Assembly (NCBI GenBank): GCA_965153285.1
Contig: OZ229114.1
Strand: one strand, 5' to 3'
Length of the DNA: 64,000 nt
From: Podarcis tiliguerta
Lineage: Eukaryota
Part shown: in pieces, positions 29,330 to 40,807 of the stretch
Layout of the letters: each line of letters starts with the position of its first letter
Position numbering within the stretch: the stretch's first letter is position 1
The notes under the pieces: model-generated
Told to the model about the DNA's origin: nothing
Seen by the model: only the letters and a program-made list of their open reading frames with translations
Database searches by the model: none
Made by a program: the position numbers and the translations under genes

Positions 29330-30777
29330 CATGTAGCATACTCCAGAAGTGCTTGTACCATCCGTGGTGTCACTTCCAAAACTTGCATCAGCAAAGATTT
29401 CAAGACCTCCAGTCTTCTGACTGGTGAACCTCAGCCTGTAGTGCATAGTCCCTTTCAAATAGCGGGCTATGCGCTTCAGAGCTTTCCAATCCTGAACAGT
29501 AGGATTATTAGCATGTCTGCTAAGCAGGTTAGTGCTTACAGCTATGTCAGGTCTTGAGCATCTAGCAATGAAATTCAACTTGCCTAGAATGCATCTGTAC
29601 AGCGTTGTGTCAGAAAACGCTTCAGCAGTACTGTCTACCTGGTAACCTGTCACCATCGGTGTGTCTGCTGGGTTTGCATCAACCAAATTCAACCTGGTTA
29701 ATACATCAGCAATTTTCTGTGTTTGGTGAACCAGAAAATTACCTGCTTGGTCCCTCTCCACCTGCAGAGAAAGATAGTTGGATACCTCACCAAGATCCTT
29801 CATGTCAAAGTGCTCCTTCAGCTGAGCTAGGGTGCTTTGGTACAAAGCCTGATTCTTCCAGAACATCAGAAGATCATCAACAAAACATAAACAATACAGT
29901 TTGTTTTGCCCCTCCTCCTTGACAAACACACATGGATCAGCTTTGCCCTGGTGAAAACCTAGAGAAAGCAACGTCTCAGTGAGTTTTGTGTTCCAACACC
30001 TGGCACTCTGCTTGAGACCATATAAGGATTTCCGCAGTTTACAGACCATTCCCTTCTGTATCTGCATTCCATCAGGTGGAAGCATATACAGCTCCTCCCC
30101 CAAAATCCCGTACAAAAAAGCTGTATTAATGTCATGATGGGAAACATGCAGTTTCTCCTCCGCAGCAATCTTGAGCATCAGTCGAATGCTCTCATATTTG
30201 ACGGTGGGTGAGTAGGTCACGTGGTAATCCTGTCCTGGTACCTGTGAAAAACCTCTGGCAACCAATCTGGCTTTGTGTCTGACAACCTTGCCATTCTGGT
30301 CTGTCTTGGCCTTGAAGACCCATTTGCTGCCAACCAGTCTCATTCCTGGGACTACCGGTACCAATTCCCAAGTTTGGTTCCTGTTCAAGGAATCAACTTC
30401 AGCCTTCATGGCATCAAGCCATGGCTCAGCATCTTTAGAGGTTAACTCCTGGACCTCTTTGAAGCTTGAAGGTTCCCACACCTTCTTTGAGCTACTAAGA
30501 ACAGCAGTTGCTGTCTTAGCAAACTCATCAGCAAATCTCTTTGGAGGTTTGCCCTTGGTCGCCCTTTCAGATCTGCGTACTAGACGCAAGTCTTCTGGAC
30601 TCATCTCCTCCTTCTTAGGAGAAAAACGACCAATGGTGAACAGTGGTTCTTCCAGTTCATTGTCAGACGCATCAGATGGTCTGACTGAGGCCTTTGCGCT
30701 CTTGAAGTCTGCTGTGTCATCACTGTCACTGACACCAGCAGCCGCACCGCCCACTGAACTGGAATCCGAACTCTGAT

Positions 30778-30809
<32 letters not shown>

Positions 30810-32872
30810 GCTTCCTCAGCTTCTTTAGCATCATCTGCTTTTTGCACATCACCTTCATCCTCCTCTGGGTAACTCTGGAAAATTCCCACATTTTCCCCCC
30901 ACTTAGGATTGTACTCAACACTCCTTGTGAACTTAATGGACTTAGAGTCAGTCATCCATACCCTGTATGCTCCTTTTTCGTACCCCATGAACAAACCATG
31001 TGCCCCACGCTTCCCAAGCTTGTTGCTTTGTGGGGTGTGTACCCACATGTCAGAACCAAAGATTCTCATGTGCTTGACATTTGGTTTCTTACCAAACATC
31101 TTCTCGTAGGGGGTACAACCAATAGGTGATGACAGTCTGCGATTAAACGTGTAAACATACGTCGACAGAGACTCCCCCCAAAACTTCTCAGGGAGATTGG
31201 CATCATGCAACAAGGTTTTCATGCCTTGAAGCAATGTTTGCTTTGCTTGCTCACAAACCTCCCATGGGGATCCAGGACTTGAGAGGCTATGCTGAATTCC
31301 CTTCTCAGTCAGAAAAGCTTCAAACTGCTGAGAAGTGAATTGCCCGCCTCGATCAGTAAACAGACAGCCGATGCGTTTACTGTGAACATTCTCCAACCAA
31401 GCACAGAATGCCTTGAACCTAGGCAACGCTTGCGATTTCTGCTCAAGCATAAACACATGAATGTACCTGGAAAAAGAATCAATTAGAACCATGAAGTACC
31501 TTGCTCCACCCAAAGAGGGCGCAAGAGGACCAACCAGGTCCGCGTGAACAAGCTGGTAGGGTTTGGAAGCCTGCCTGCTAGACTCCTTGCCTTTTGGAGC
31601 AACCTTCACCTTGTTCTCTGCACAAGATACACATTTCATGTGAAACTTACAGGGTTTGATGTTCAAACCCTCAACCAGTTCAGGCATCTTGGCCAGCGCC
31701 TGCCAAGACATGTGACAAAATCTTCTGTGTGCTTCATGAACACATCCTGCATGAAGAACCTTGTTAGTTTGTGCAACACAACAAGAATCAACATTAGACA
31801 CAGCAACAGCATTGTCATCATAAGTTATACAGAACAACCCATCCATAAACTTAGCATGCAAAATGTCCTCTTTGCCTTTCCTGATGACACAGACGTTCCT
31901 CTTGAAGGAAACTTGAAAACCACGCCCAATTAGCTGTGGGACACTGAGCAAATTGTTCACAGCACCTGGAACATAAAGTACATTTTTGATGGTCGTGCGC
32001 AGACTTGCAAGTTTCACAGTCCCTTCTCCTGCAATCTGCAACGTCCTTCCGTCAGCCAGGTGGACCTCACCATCTTGAGGTTTGAAGGAGATAAACAGAT
32101 GCTTATCTTTTGCGAGATGGCGGGTGCACCCAGAATCAACAATAAATCGGGGCTGGGCCTTTGGAGCAGCTTTTCTGGCAAGCAAAACCTTGTTTTCCAC
32201 CGGCGTGGGCTTAAACTGCTTGCCCCCCCGCTCCTGGCCATGAGGCTTGCCTTTAGCCTTTGGTGAAGCTGTGCCAGCAAACAAAGCCTTGTTTTCCACT
32301 GGCGTGGGCTCTTCACCCCCCTTCTGCTTCTGGCCATCTGCAGGTATCTGTCTCTGTTTACCTCTGGCCTTCCGGCCTCTGTAAAGGCGATGACCTTGGT
32401 TCCCACGAGAAACAGAGCTCTCATCTGCCGACTCCTTGGCTCCCCCTGGAGGCTGGAATGCTGTCCCACATTGCTCCCCCTGGAGCTTGCAACCGGTCCC
32501 CTCGGCATCCCTGCATCCACTTGCATTCCGGGAAACAGCCAGGACCTCCGATGCAGTCAAACTCTGGGCTGGGTTGACTGGTAGATGGGCCAGCTTCAAA
32601 GCATTCCACATCCCACGAGCAGTGGTATTGCCAGCTAGTGTGGCAATTTCCTCCAGAGAGACGGACAAGACTATTATGTCAATGGCCCTTGAATCTTGGG
32701 TCTTCCATCTCTCTGTCAGAGGAACTGGAGGGGCCTCACTCACAGTATGCCACACTCCAAACTGTTGCAGTAAACTCTGACACCACTCTGCCCATGCCTC
32801 ATAATTTTGCCGATTTAGCTTTGGGCACTCAACAGCTTCAGAAGCTGTTTGAGAAGCTTGGAAAGACTCCAT
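29285..32872 (-). CDS. Copia gag-pol polyprotein, truncated in RNase H by the insertion (native part 32872-29330)
   Basis: Gag LNRQNYEAW; protease FIVDSGCTRH; integrase HRRFCH..CVSC, HADLVGP, TDRGGQF; RT LYGLKQSARCW, FVDDLL; RNase H start FADASFG..STSG. Confidence 0.95.
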
Positions 32873-33086
32873 CCCAGCTTTTCACTCTAGCCGAGCCCTT
32901 TTCAACTTCAGGGGCTTCTTATCTTGGCTGTCCATAAATCACGAAGCCTTTGGCTTGGCTCCCAGGCCAATTAAGCCAGCCGGACATCAAAGGCACTTGC
33001 CGCGGCAACGAAAAGCCTTACTTTCGCTTTTCCCCACATACCTCAGCATTATGTCGCAGTCTTACTCTCCTGTAAGTGCTGTGTAT

Positions 33087-33100
33087 CTGGGCCCGAAACC
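33087..33100 (-). other. Primer-binding site, half-tRNAiMet type (GGTTTCGGGCCCAG)
   Basis: 4 nt inside the 5' LTR; 12/14 match to the copia-type PBS GGTTATGGGCCCAG. Confidence 0.75.
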
Positions 33101-33104
33101 TTGT

Positions 33105-33486
33105 TGTTGGGAGATACTGCCAGGGAGATAAAGTCCATCTTGACTCCTCGTCGTCTCCGGACATCCATTGATCTCCCGCAGACACGCAGTATCAGCAATT
33201 AGCGACAGGAGCTCCAGAAATAGCTTCCCTCATTCTAGAGCTCTTGCACACTCTATCAGCAGAGTTCACACAGCAAAAGTTGCACACAGGAGAGCATTAT
33301 TTCTAAGTTTATTCAGCGTTGATCAGAACAAAGAAAAATCATGACTGCCTGCATGAGGGAGTTCCCGGCAGTGAGAGAGAAACGAAAGCAAAAGACACAA
33401 CAGAAACATCCTGTGAGACAGGAAATACGCAGGCTGTGACACAAACATCCTGCTCCCTTTTAAGGTGGAACGGAAATATCCCAACA
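33105..33486 (-). repeat. Copia 5' LTR
   Basis: TGTTGGGA...TCCCAACA; appears identical by eye to 26753-27134. Confidence 0.96.
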
Positions 33487-36199
33487 TTGTGCACTATCTC
33501 AGCTTCCCTCCCATCAAGCAGCTTTAGATAGCTCCATTTGTACAGCTCTCCATGCTTTATTTTTCATTTTTGTTTATTAAATTTATATACTGCCCTTCCT
33601 CCAAAGATCACAGGGTTGTTTACAGTACAAAACACAAAAATAAATAACATAATAACTAACAAAACTATAACTAACATACCCAGTTTAAAAGGTCATAGAT
33701 GGTTTAATTAGCCAAAGGCCTGCACTCCCACCCTCCTGTGGACAGACACAGGAGCTCTCAAGACCTAGGAAGGCAGGTGTGGTGATGCATCTCCTTTCAA
33801 GGAGAGACAAGCACAGAAAATAGAAGGAGAGACAAGCACAGAAAATATTGGCAACTGCTGCTACCTGCCTGACAATCTGTGAATCCATGGCAGTGACTGT
33901 GATTGGTCGCAATGGTGACTTTAGGTTCTAATTCAGATTAATATTGTTAGGAATGCATAGGGTGCCTCCAGGCTGTCAGAATTTTCCAGGAGTGATTCAC
34001 ACACATACCAGAAATTTAGGTTTGTGCATTTAAAGTACATTAAATGCTCTGTTGCCCTAGCACAACAAATCCACTTAAAAATAAAAGGAAAAACCTAACT
34101 AACTTCTGGCAGTTAGTAAAGTGATGGGGAGATGCCCTGAAAAGTGTGGGATGATTTCCTTGCTTAATAAAATGCTTAATAAAAAGACATAATCACCCTG
34201 CAAGCAAACCAGGATGAATGCTCATTGTCACATAACCTCCCACTAAACTAATTCAAAATAATCTAACCTTTGCATCGGCTTTGTGCAAGGAAATCAGGAT
34301 GAATTCTCAATAAACAGGTTGCCTGGAAGAGTCATAGTAACAACACTGGTGCCATTTGAAGTGAAGTGTGGGGCTTTTGTGTGTGCTCTGTAAGAACTCA
34401 AATACAAGGACAGCCACCAAACTACTAAAGAGCTAACTTAAACTCACTGGGTGATACATAAGCAAGTCACATTCAGAAAAGATACACTGAAATCAATGGA
34501 ATTAAGTTTTACTTTCTGTCCTCAGAGGGTGATTGAAAACAGTGCTCTGGTTTTAATCCAGCAATACATTGCAGTACAGTACTGCCTCTGCAGGCTTAAA
34601 CCAATTAAATTAGTAATAGAGTGATGTTATGTTGCTCACAGAAGTCTTCCCTAACTGGAAAACTAAAGAAACTATGGAAGAGTATCAATAAATGTCTAGA
34701 ACTAAACACACTACATGAAAGTGTGTCCTGCTGAAAACAATGGAACTTACATCCAAATAACATATTTAAGATCTCAGTGCTGAAAACATTCAATCTGTCT
34801 TACTTTTTCTTTGACTTTTGCCATCTGAATTTCTTTACTATTCTCAGCTAAAAAGCTTTTTCCTTGCTTCGCAGGAATAGTTGCATCATTTTTCATACAT
34901 CCTCTGGGATTACTACTCTGCTGTACTGGAGAAGACCACATATCAGATAGATTGTGCAAAAAGCAAAACAAAACCCCATACACTATGCATTAATAAATGC
35001 ACAGCAAACATATGTGAAGAAGTGTGAATTCCTGTAATGCAATGACTTCATAATATTTTTCTGCTGAACAAAGTTGTATATTATATAGTGTGTGTCAGAC
35101 TTATGATCTATAAAATCTTATTTATGGCACAATCCTACGCTACCTTACCTTGAAGTAAGTCCTACTGAACTTGGTGGGACTTACTTCTGAGTAAATGTGA
35201 ATATGATTACATGTCGGTTTGCTGATTAAAAATGTAAATAAATATACTCCTATAATCTATGGTGCCTTAGAGCTTGCCCTGGAGCTACAGAATGGGCAAA
35301 TTAAGTTCTTGTCCCCCGAAAGGGGCTTAATTTTTCCCATACAATAATTCAAGTAAATTGCCCACTGCAGACCTGACTGTTACTTATACAACATATTCCT
35401 ATGCATGTTTACTCATAAGTTCCACTATGTTCAGTACTGCTAACTCCCAGCTAAGCATGCATAGGATTGCAAAAGGGGTCTCAGTGACAACATTTGCAAG
35501 TTTCCATAGGTCATTTTGCACTTTGGCATCACTGCTTCAGTCCAAGTACATGAAATCACTGATCAACAACTGCTATCCATGATGGAGGAGAAGAGAGGAT
35601 AGCTTCTACCTTCCATAATCTCATTAGTGAACAGCAATGACGGATATGTGAACTCATGTGACCGCAATCCTGAATGCTTACTAGTGTTAATACACCATAC
35701 CAGGTCAATTCCTGGAGGTAAACTACACCCTGTGGTCTTAATGAGGTTTATGACCCGACAGAGAATCTTTCCCATGGTGCATAATTTTGTAATTATGTGT
35801 ATGTTCACTTCCACAATCTTTTTGACTGGACAGGGGACTTCTGGTGATGGATCAAGAATCTCCATCTTGGGTCAGTTGTAAGCAATGCTCATCCCTTGCT
35901 CCAAGAGAACAAGAGCACAATCCCACCCAAATTGCCTGGGATTTTGGGGAGGGAGAGAGTGGTGCTGGTGCCTCCCCCTTTTTTTTCTTTTAACTGTTGG
36001 TTTGGGATTTCTGGCTTACTATAGATGCCAGTTTCTTCATGAGAGCTGTGCCCAAACACATTTGGCTTGCTAGCTTGGCTCTGCCATGCCTTCCATCCTG
36101 CCAATGCTTGGCCTTTCTGCTTTCTCTCCTTCCACATATAACACTCAAAGTATCTGGCATTCATCTGTCACTGGGGACTTGTTTTTGCCACATTGTGTA

Positions 36200-36226
36200 A
36201 ACACACACACACACACACACACACAC
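36200..36226. repeat. (AC)n microsatellite
   Basis: Direct reading. Confidence 0.88.
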
Positions 36227-38804
36227 CCCGCCGCCAATGTTGCTAAACAGACCTACCTCTTCTCCTGGTGCTATTGCCATGGTATTTCTCCATATGGAAC
36301 GATTCCATTTGCTTGCCAAACTCACTGGGCTGGGGGCTTGAAGTTTCTCAAGCTCTGATACCTTCCAGATCTTTTGGAAACAACATGCTATCTTTGCCGT
36401 GCTGCATTCAAGAAACCCGCCACCATATTTGTTTCCTTTTAAGGCACTGAGAGCAAAGAATATAAGGAAAGTGCTGATTGCTGAGCATGATATTCAAATT
36501 AGAGAAAGTAACAAATATAAGCTTGAAGGGCCAGTTAGATCCTGTGGCTTAGAATGAGAGATTCTCCCTACGCAACAATGCACAAGTAACATTGCAAATA
36601 ACAGTCACATCCTTGCTATATACTGGTATGTGCCCCAAACAATTCATCCACTGGACAAATCCTTCCTGCAAAACTAAAGGATCACCATGGAAAAGCAGAG
36701 TCAGGAATTCTTATAGTAACCATTGCCATGTCTTTGTGTCTTGGTTGTCACTACGGTTGCATTTTTTATTTTTGCCACCAGCTTCTGTCCTGTACTTTGA
36801 CCACAGCTTAATGTGCAGACATTGGCAGGTGATCATGCATATCTTGGTGCTCTAAGATGCTTCTCCTTCCTTTTCCTGCATATCAAGTTGCTATCATATC
36901 TGCACAGGAGCAGGCCAGGCTGGTTTTTTTTGGCTAGTTGGCATTGCTAGTATCCACTTTTAATTGTTATTTCCTTTTGTTTCATTGTGTGTGTGTGCTC
37001 TAGCTAGCTTTCCCAACTTAGCTGTACTGGATAGACTTTCCCCAACAAATAAATTGCAGACACAGCCTAACTTGCTAAATCCTTCACTCTCTCCATATCC
37101 CAAGCCATCTGGATGTGATCTACAGCAGTGATTTCAGCACCTGGCTATTACAGCGATAGGGCTGTAGAAATAGTTTAGATAACTCCACTGTTGCAATCTC
37201 CGAAGTATTAGAGACTGTGAGGGCATTCTGCTTTCTGCACAATTATCTGTAGTGATAACATCACCAAAACTCTCCTGAAAGTAGAGATATTCTCTGGGCA
37301 CTGGCAAAAGCTCTGCAATGGTTCTATCCATATTCCTGTTAAACAAAAAGTCCCGCTGATTTTAATGTGGCTGGATAATGCCTATTGCTTTTAATGCTGT
37401 AACAAAGAAGGTGTTCAAGTCCTCCCTTTTGGAAGATAATCCCATAAGTGGATAAGTAATGCTGCCATTTGTGCCTTATTTGTACCTTAAATTGGCAGGA
37501 AGCAGTGATAGCAGCATAATATGAAACCCAGAGGAATGTAACATCAGCAAACAATACCCAGATGTTCACAAGCTAACACTGCATAACCCAAGTACATTTA
37601 TGGAATGTGCACCAGCAAAATAACGCTTACACCACCACTATCCTATGCATTTTGATTATGAGGCAAATTCAGCTGTGTCCAATTGATTTTAAGCCCTTGC
37701 ATGGTTACAAACCCTTGCACACCTCCTGAGAAGTTCTATTGAACTCAGTAGGACTGCTTGCCTATGTTGTGAGTGAGAACCTAGTCAGACCTATATATCA
37801 AAGAGGCCCAATGTGCTGTGAATGTGCTTTGAGCACACTTTGAAATGTGTGTGTGATTGCAGCACAGCAGGCAGTTGGACTTGCATATGGATAGAGTGGC
37901 CAAGTGCCATACTATAACATGGACAGTCCTCTACTTTTAAGTCTGATTTAAAGAGAAAAGAACAATTAAGAAAGGAGAGCAGGGTCTTTGGGAGTCAACA
38001 GGCTGCAGACACAAAGAGATCACCAGCCTTCTCCACTGGTGACGAGTTGCCTTTCTACTTAATTTATAATATTTGTTACTAAACTGGCAGGTAGGCTTAA
38101 TATCAATTAGCATATGAAAATCCCAGGGCCCTCCTTTGGGGGAGAGGGGCGATGCCTAAATGGTGACTGTATGTATGTGAGAGAAAATCTGGCTGGTCGC
38201 TACAATTCTGTGATTCTATGACTGGGCAGAGGAGAAAGGTTGGTGGGAACTGCATCTTCTGTGATCCTGAAAATGATGCGGGGCTGAGGGGAATGCGGCC
38301 CTCTCGCAGGCACCGCCCTCGCTTGACTGGGACTTGGTAGGACCCAAGTTCTCTTACCCTCCGGGTGAGATAAGCACCCCAGGGGAGGTTCTTCGCGGCG
38401 TGTCGCTAAGGAGTGGGCCGAGGCCTAGGTCTTCCTTTTTGCGCAGACCTGAAGGAAGAGCGGGAGAGCGGCGCCGCTTCCTCGCTTGCCGGGAGCTCCA
38501 TGCAAAGGAAATGATTGACCTGGCCGGCCCTTCGTTGAAGGCGGGGGGACAACAACAACTCCCCCACTTCCCCACTCCTTGGCCTTCATTTTCCCGCTAT
38601 GCGGCGGCGGCGGCGGGCCTCCCTGGGGAGAAGGAGGCGGCGCAGCAGCTTCCTCCCTCCTTAAACGCCCAGAACTGAGGGGATGGATGGCGGCCCACAC
38701 CTCCTCTGCAGCAGAAACGACAGTCTTGCAAACTCCACGTTAAAGGTGAAGGGCTAAAGGGCTTTAACCCCGGACTAATATTTCTTTTAATAAATATATT
38801 GGGG

Positions 38805-38892
38805 TTTTTAACCAATTATGTACGACTTTAAATTTAGGTTTATCTATCTATCTATAAACCTAAATTTAAAGTCGTACATAATTGGTTAAAAA
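38805..38892. repeat. Perfect inverted repeat with 39-bp arms and a 10-bp (CTAT)n spacer
   Basis: TTTTTAACCAATTATGTACGACTTTAAATTTAGGTTTAT / ATAAACCTAAATTTAAAGTCGTACATAATTGGTTAAAAA. Confidence 0.92.
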
Positions 38893-39241
38893 AACCAAAG
38901 AAACGGAAAACGGACATTATTCTTGCGATGTGACAAAAGTATACTTCAGGGCCGCACAACTGCCATATCGCGTTTATTTGTCTGTGCAATTGGGGGGATT
39001 ACAATAATACTGTAACAATATCAAAATTTCTTCTGGCTGTCACACAGCAGCGGTGGCAGCTGAGGTCCAGTGAGAGCAGGTATTTTTAATTTGTAATGCT
39101 GCGGGGCCTCTTAAACTTGGCATAGTTTTAGGCCCTCAGCATGTCTTAATTCATGCTGAGAAGTGAGAAGGAATACAGTTGTGGGCAAGCAGATGTACCC
39201 TCCAAAAGATGATACAGGGGTGTGCATCTAGTAATCCAGTA

Positions 39242-39456
39242 CAGTGGTACCTCGGGTTACATACGCTTCAGGTTACAGACTCCGCTAACCCAGAAATAAT
39301 ACCTCGGGTTAAGAACTTTGCTTCAGGATGAGAACAGAAATTGTGCGGTGGCAGCAGGAGGCCCCATTAGCTAAAGTGGTGCTTCAGGTTAAGAACAGTT
39401 TCAGGTTAAGAACAGACCTGTGGAACGAATTAAGTACGTAACCAGAGGTACCACTG
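39242..39456. mobile_element. Tc1/mariner (Tigger-like) MITE, same family as 7634-7859
   Basis: CAGTGGTACCTC...GAGGTACCACTG; TA TSD; near-identical interior. Confidence 0.87.
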
Positions 39457-40489
39457 TAGTACCTTTTTACTCTTTCAAAGGTACACCCCAGTCTTAACCA
39501 TATTGTACTGAGATAGGTCCCATTGAAATGAATTGAGCTTGGTTTCAAATAGAATTGATGGTGTTATGTATATTCTTCACAGAATGTAGTCCAGCACACA
39601 TTTTCTAGGGAAGTCCCCACTGAACTTAAAAGAGACTTCCAAGTAAAAGTGTGCTTGTTAGTCACTCCACTTCCAGTGAGGAGCTAAGGGCTTAAAGTAG
39701 GATTGTGCCTTTTTTAAAAGGCAGCTTTGATGTGCGGACATTAGCAGGTGATAATGCTTATCTCCACAAAAAGCTTTTTCCTGCTGATTCCTGCATACCA
39801 AACTTCTGTTAAAAGCACACACAAGGGCAGTTGCTTTTTGGCCAGTTGGCAGCCCTATTTCATTGTCTGCAGCTGACTTTCTTTGACAATGAGCCAGATC
39901 CAGAGCTTCTCTGTGCCCTTTAATAGATATTAATTCTTACAAAAGACCAGCAAAAATGCTGGTATCTGATTATTTTAGTTACTAACCATTTCAGAAGGTT
40001 CAGAACTACCTTGGGAAGAGCAATAGGAAGAACCCTGCTGGATCAGGCCAGTGGCCCATCTAGTCCAGCATCCTGTTTTCATGGTGTCCAACCATATGCC
40101 CTGAGGAAGCCCACAAGCAAAACATGGCTAGTAGCCATGTTGGCCTCCAACTGTCTCGGGGAAACAATGGAGTTGTGCTTCTGGGGTTGAAGCCAAACTG
40201 CTGGAGAGTCACAGCGTTGTGACTGCAGAGACCAGTTGCTCAGAAGTGCTGCCTCCCGTGTTGTTTTTGCTGTATTAGCAGCACCAAAGTGAACTCTCTG
40301 GGGTACAAGTCTGGGCAGTGTGTATAGAGATCCTGTGCTGCCCAAACAACAAGACCCTCCTCTCAGCCTCACTGATGTGGTGCAAAGGAAAGCAGAACAA
40401 TGCTTTTGGTAGTACCTTGGCTGAAGGATTTGCCAGAAGGAGGCAGACAAGACGCCATCCGTCTTAGGGACTCTGCTCTGTATTTGTGT

Positions 40490-40807
40490 CAGGGGGCAGC
40501 AAACGTTTTCAGCAGGGGATCGGTCCACTGTCCCTCAGACCTTGTGGGGGGCTGGACTATATTTGGGGCGGGGAGAATGAGTTCCAATGCGCCACAAATA
40601 ACCCAGAGATGCATTTTAAATAAAAGCACACATTCTACTCATGTAAAAACACCAGACAGGCCCCACAAATAACCCAGAGAAGCATTTTAAATAAAAGAAC
40701 ACATTCTACTCATGTAAAAGCATGCTGATTCCCGGACCGTCCACCGACCGGATTTAGAATGCGATTGGTCCGGATCCGGCCCCTGGGCCTTAGTTTGCCT
40801 ACCCATG
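40490..40807. mobile_element. hAT-like non-autonomous element with an internal ~55-bp duplication
   Basis: CAGGGGGCAGCAAAC ... GTTTGCCTACCCATG ends; CCACAAATAACCCAGAGA..CATTCTACTCATGTAAAA present twice; TSD incomplete. Confidence 0.65.

Larger units (their letters stand above)
26753..33486 (-). mobile_element. Full-length Ty1/Copia LTR retrotransposon, interrupted by a nested hAT-type element
   Basis: Two 382-bp TG...CA LTRs. 5-bp TSD TTGTG at 26748-26752 and 33487-33491. PBS, PPT and gag-PR-IN-RT-RH domain order. Confidence 0.97.
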
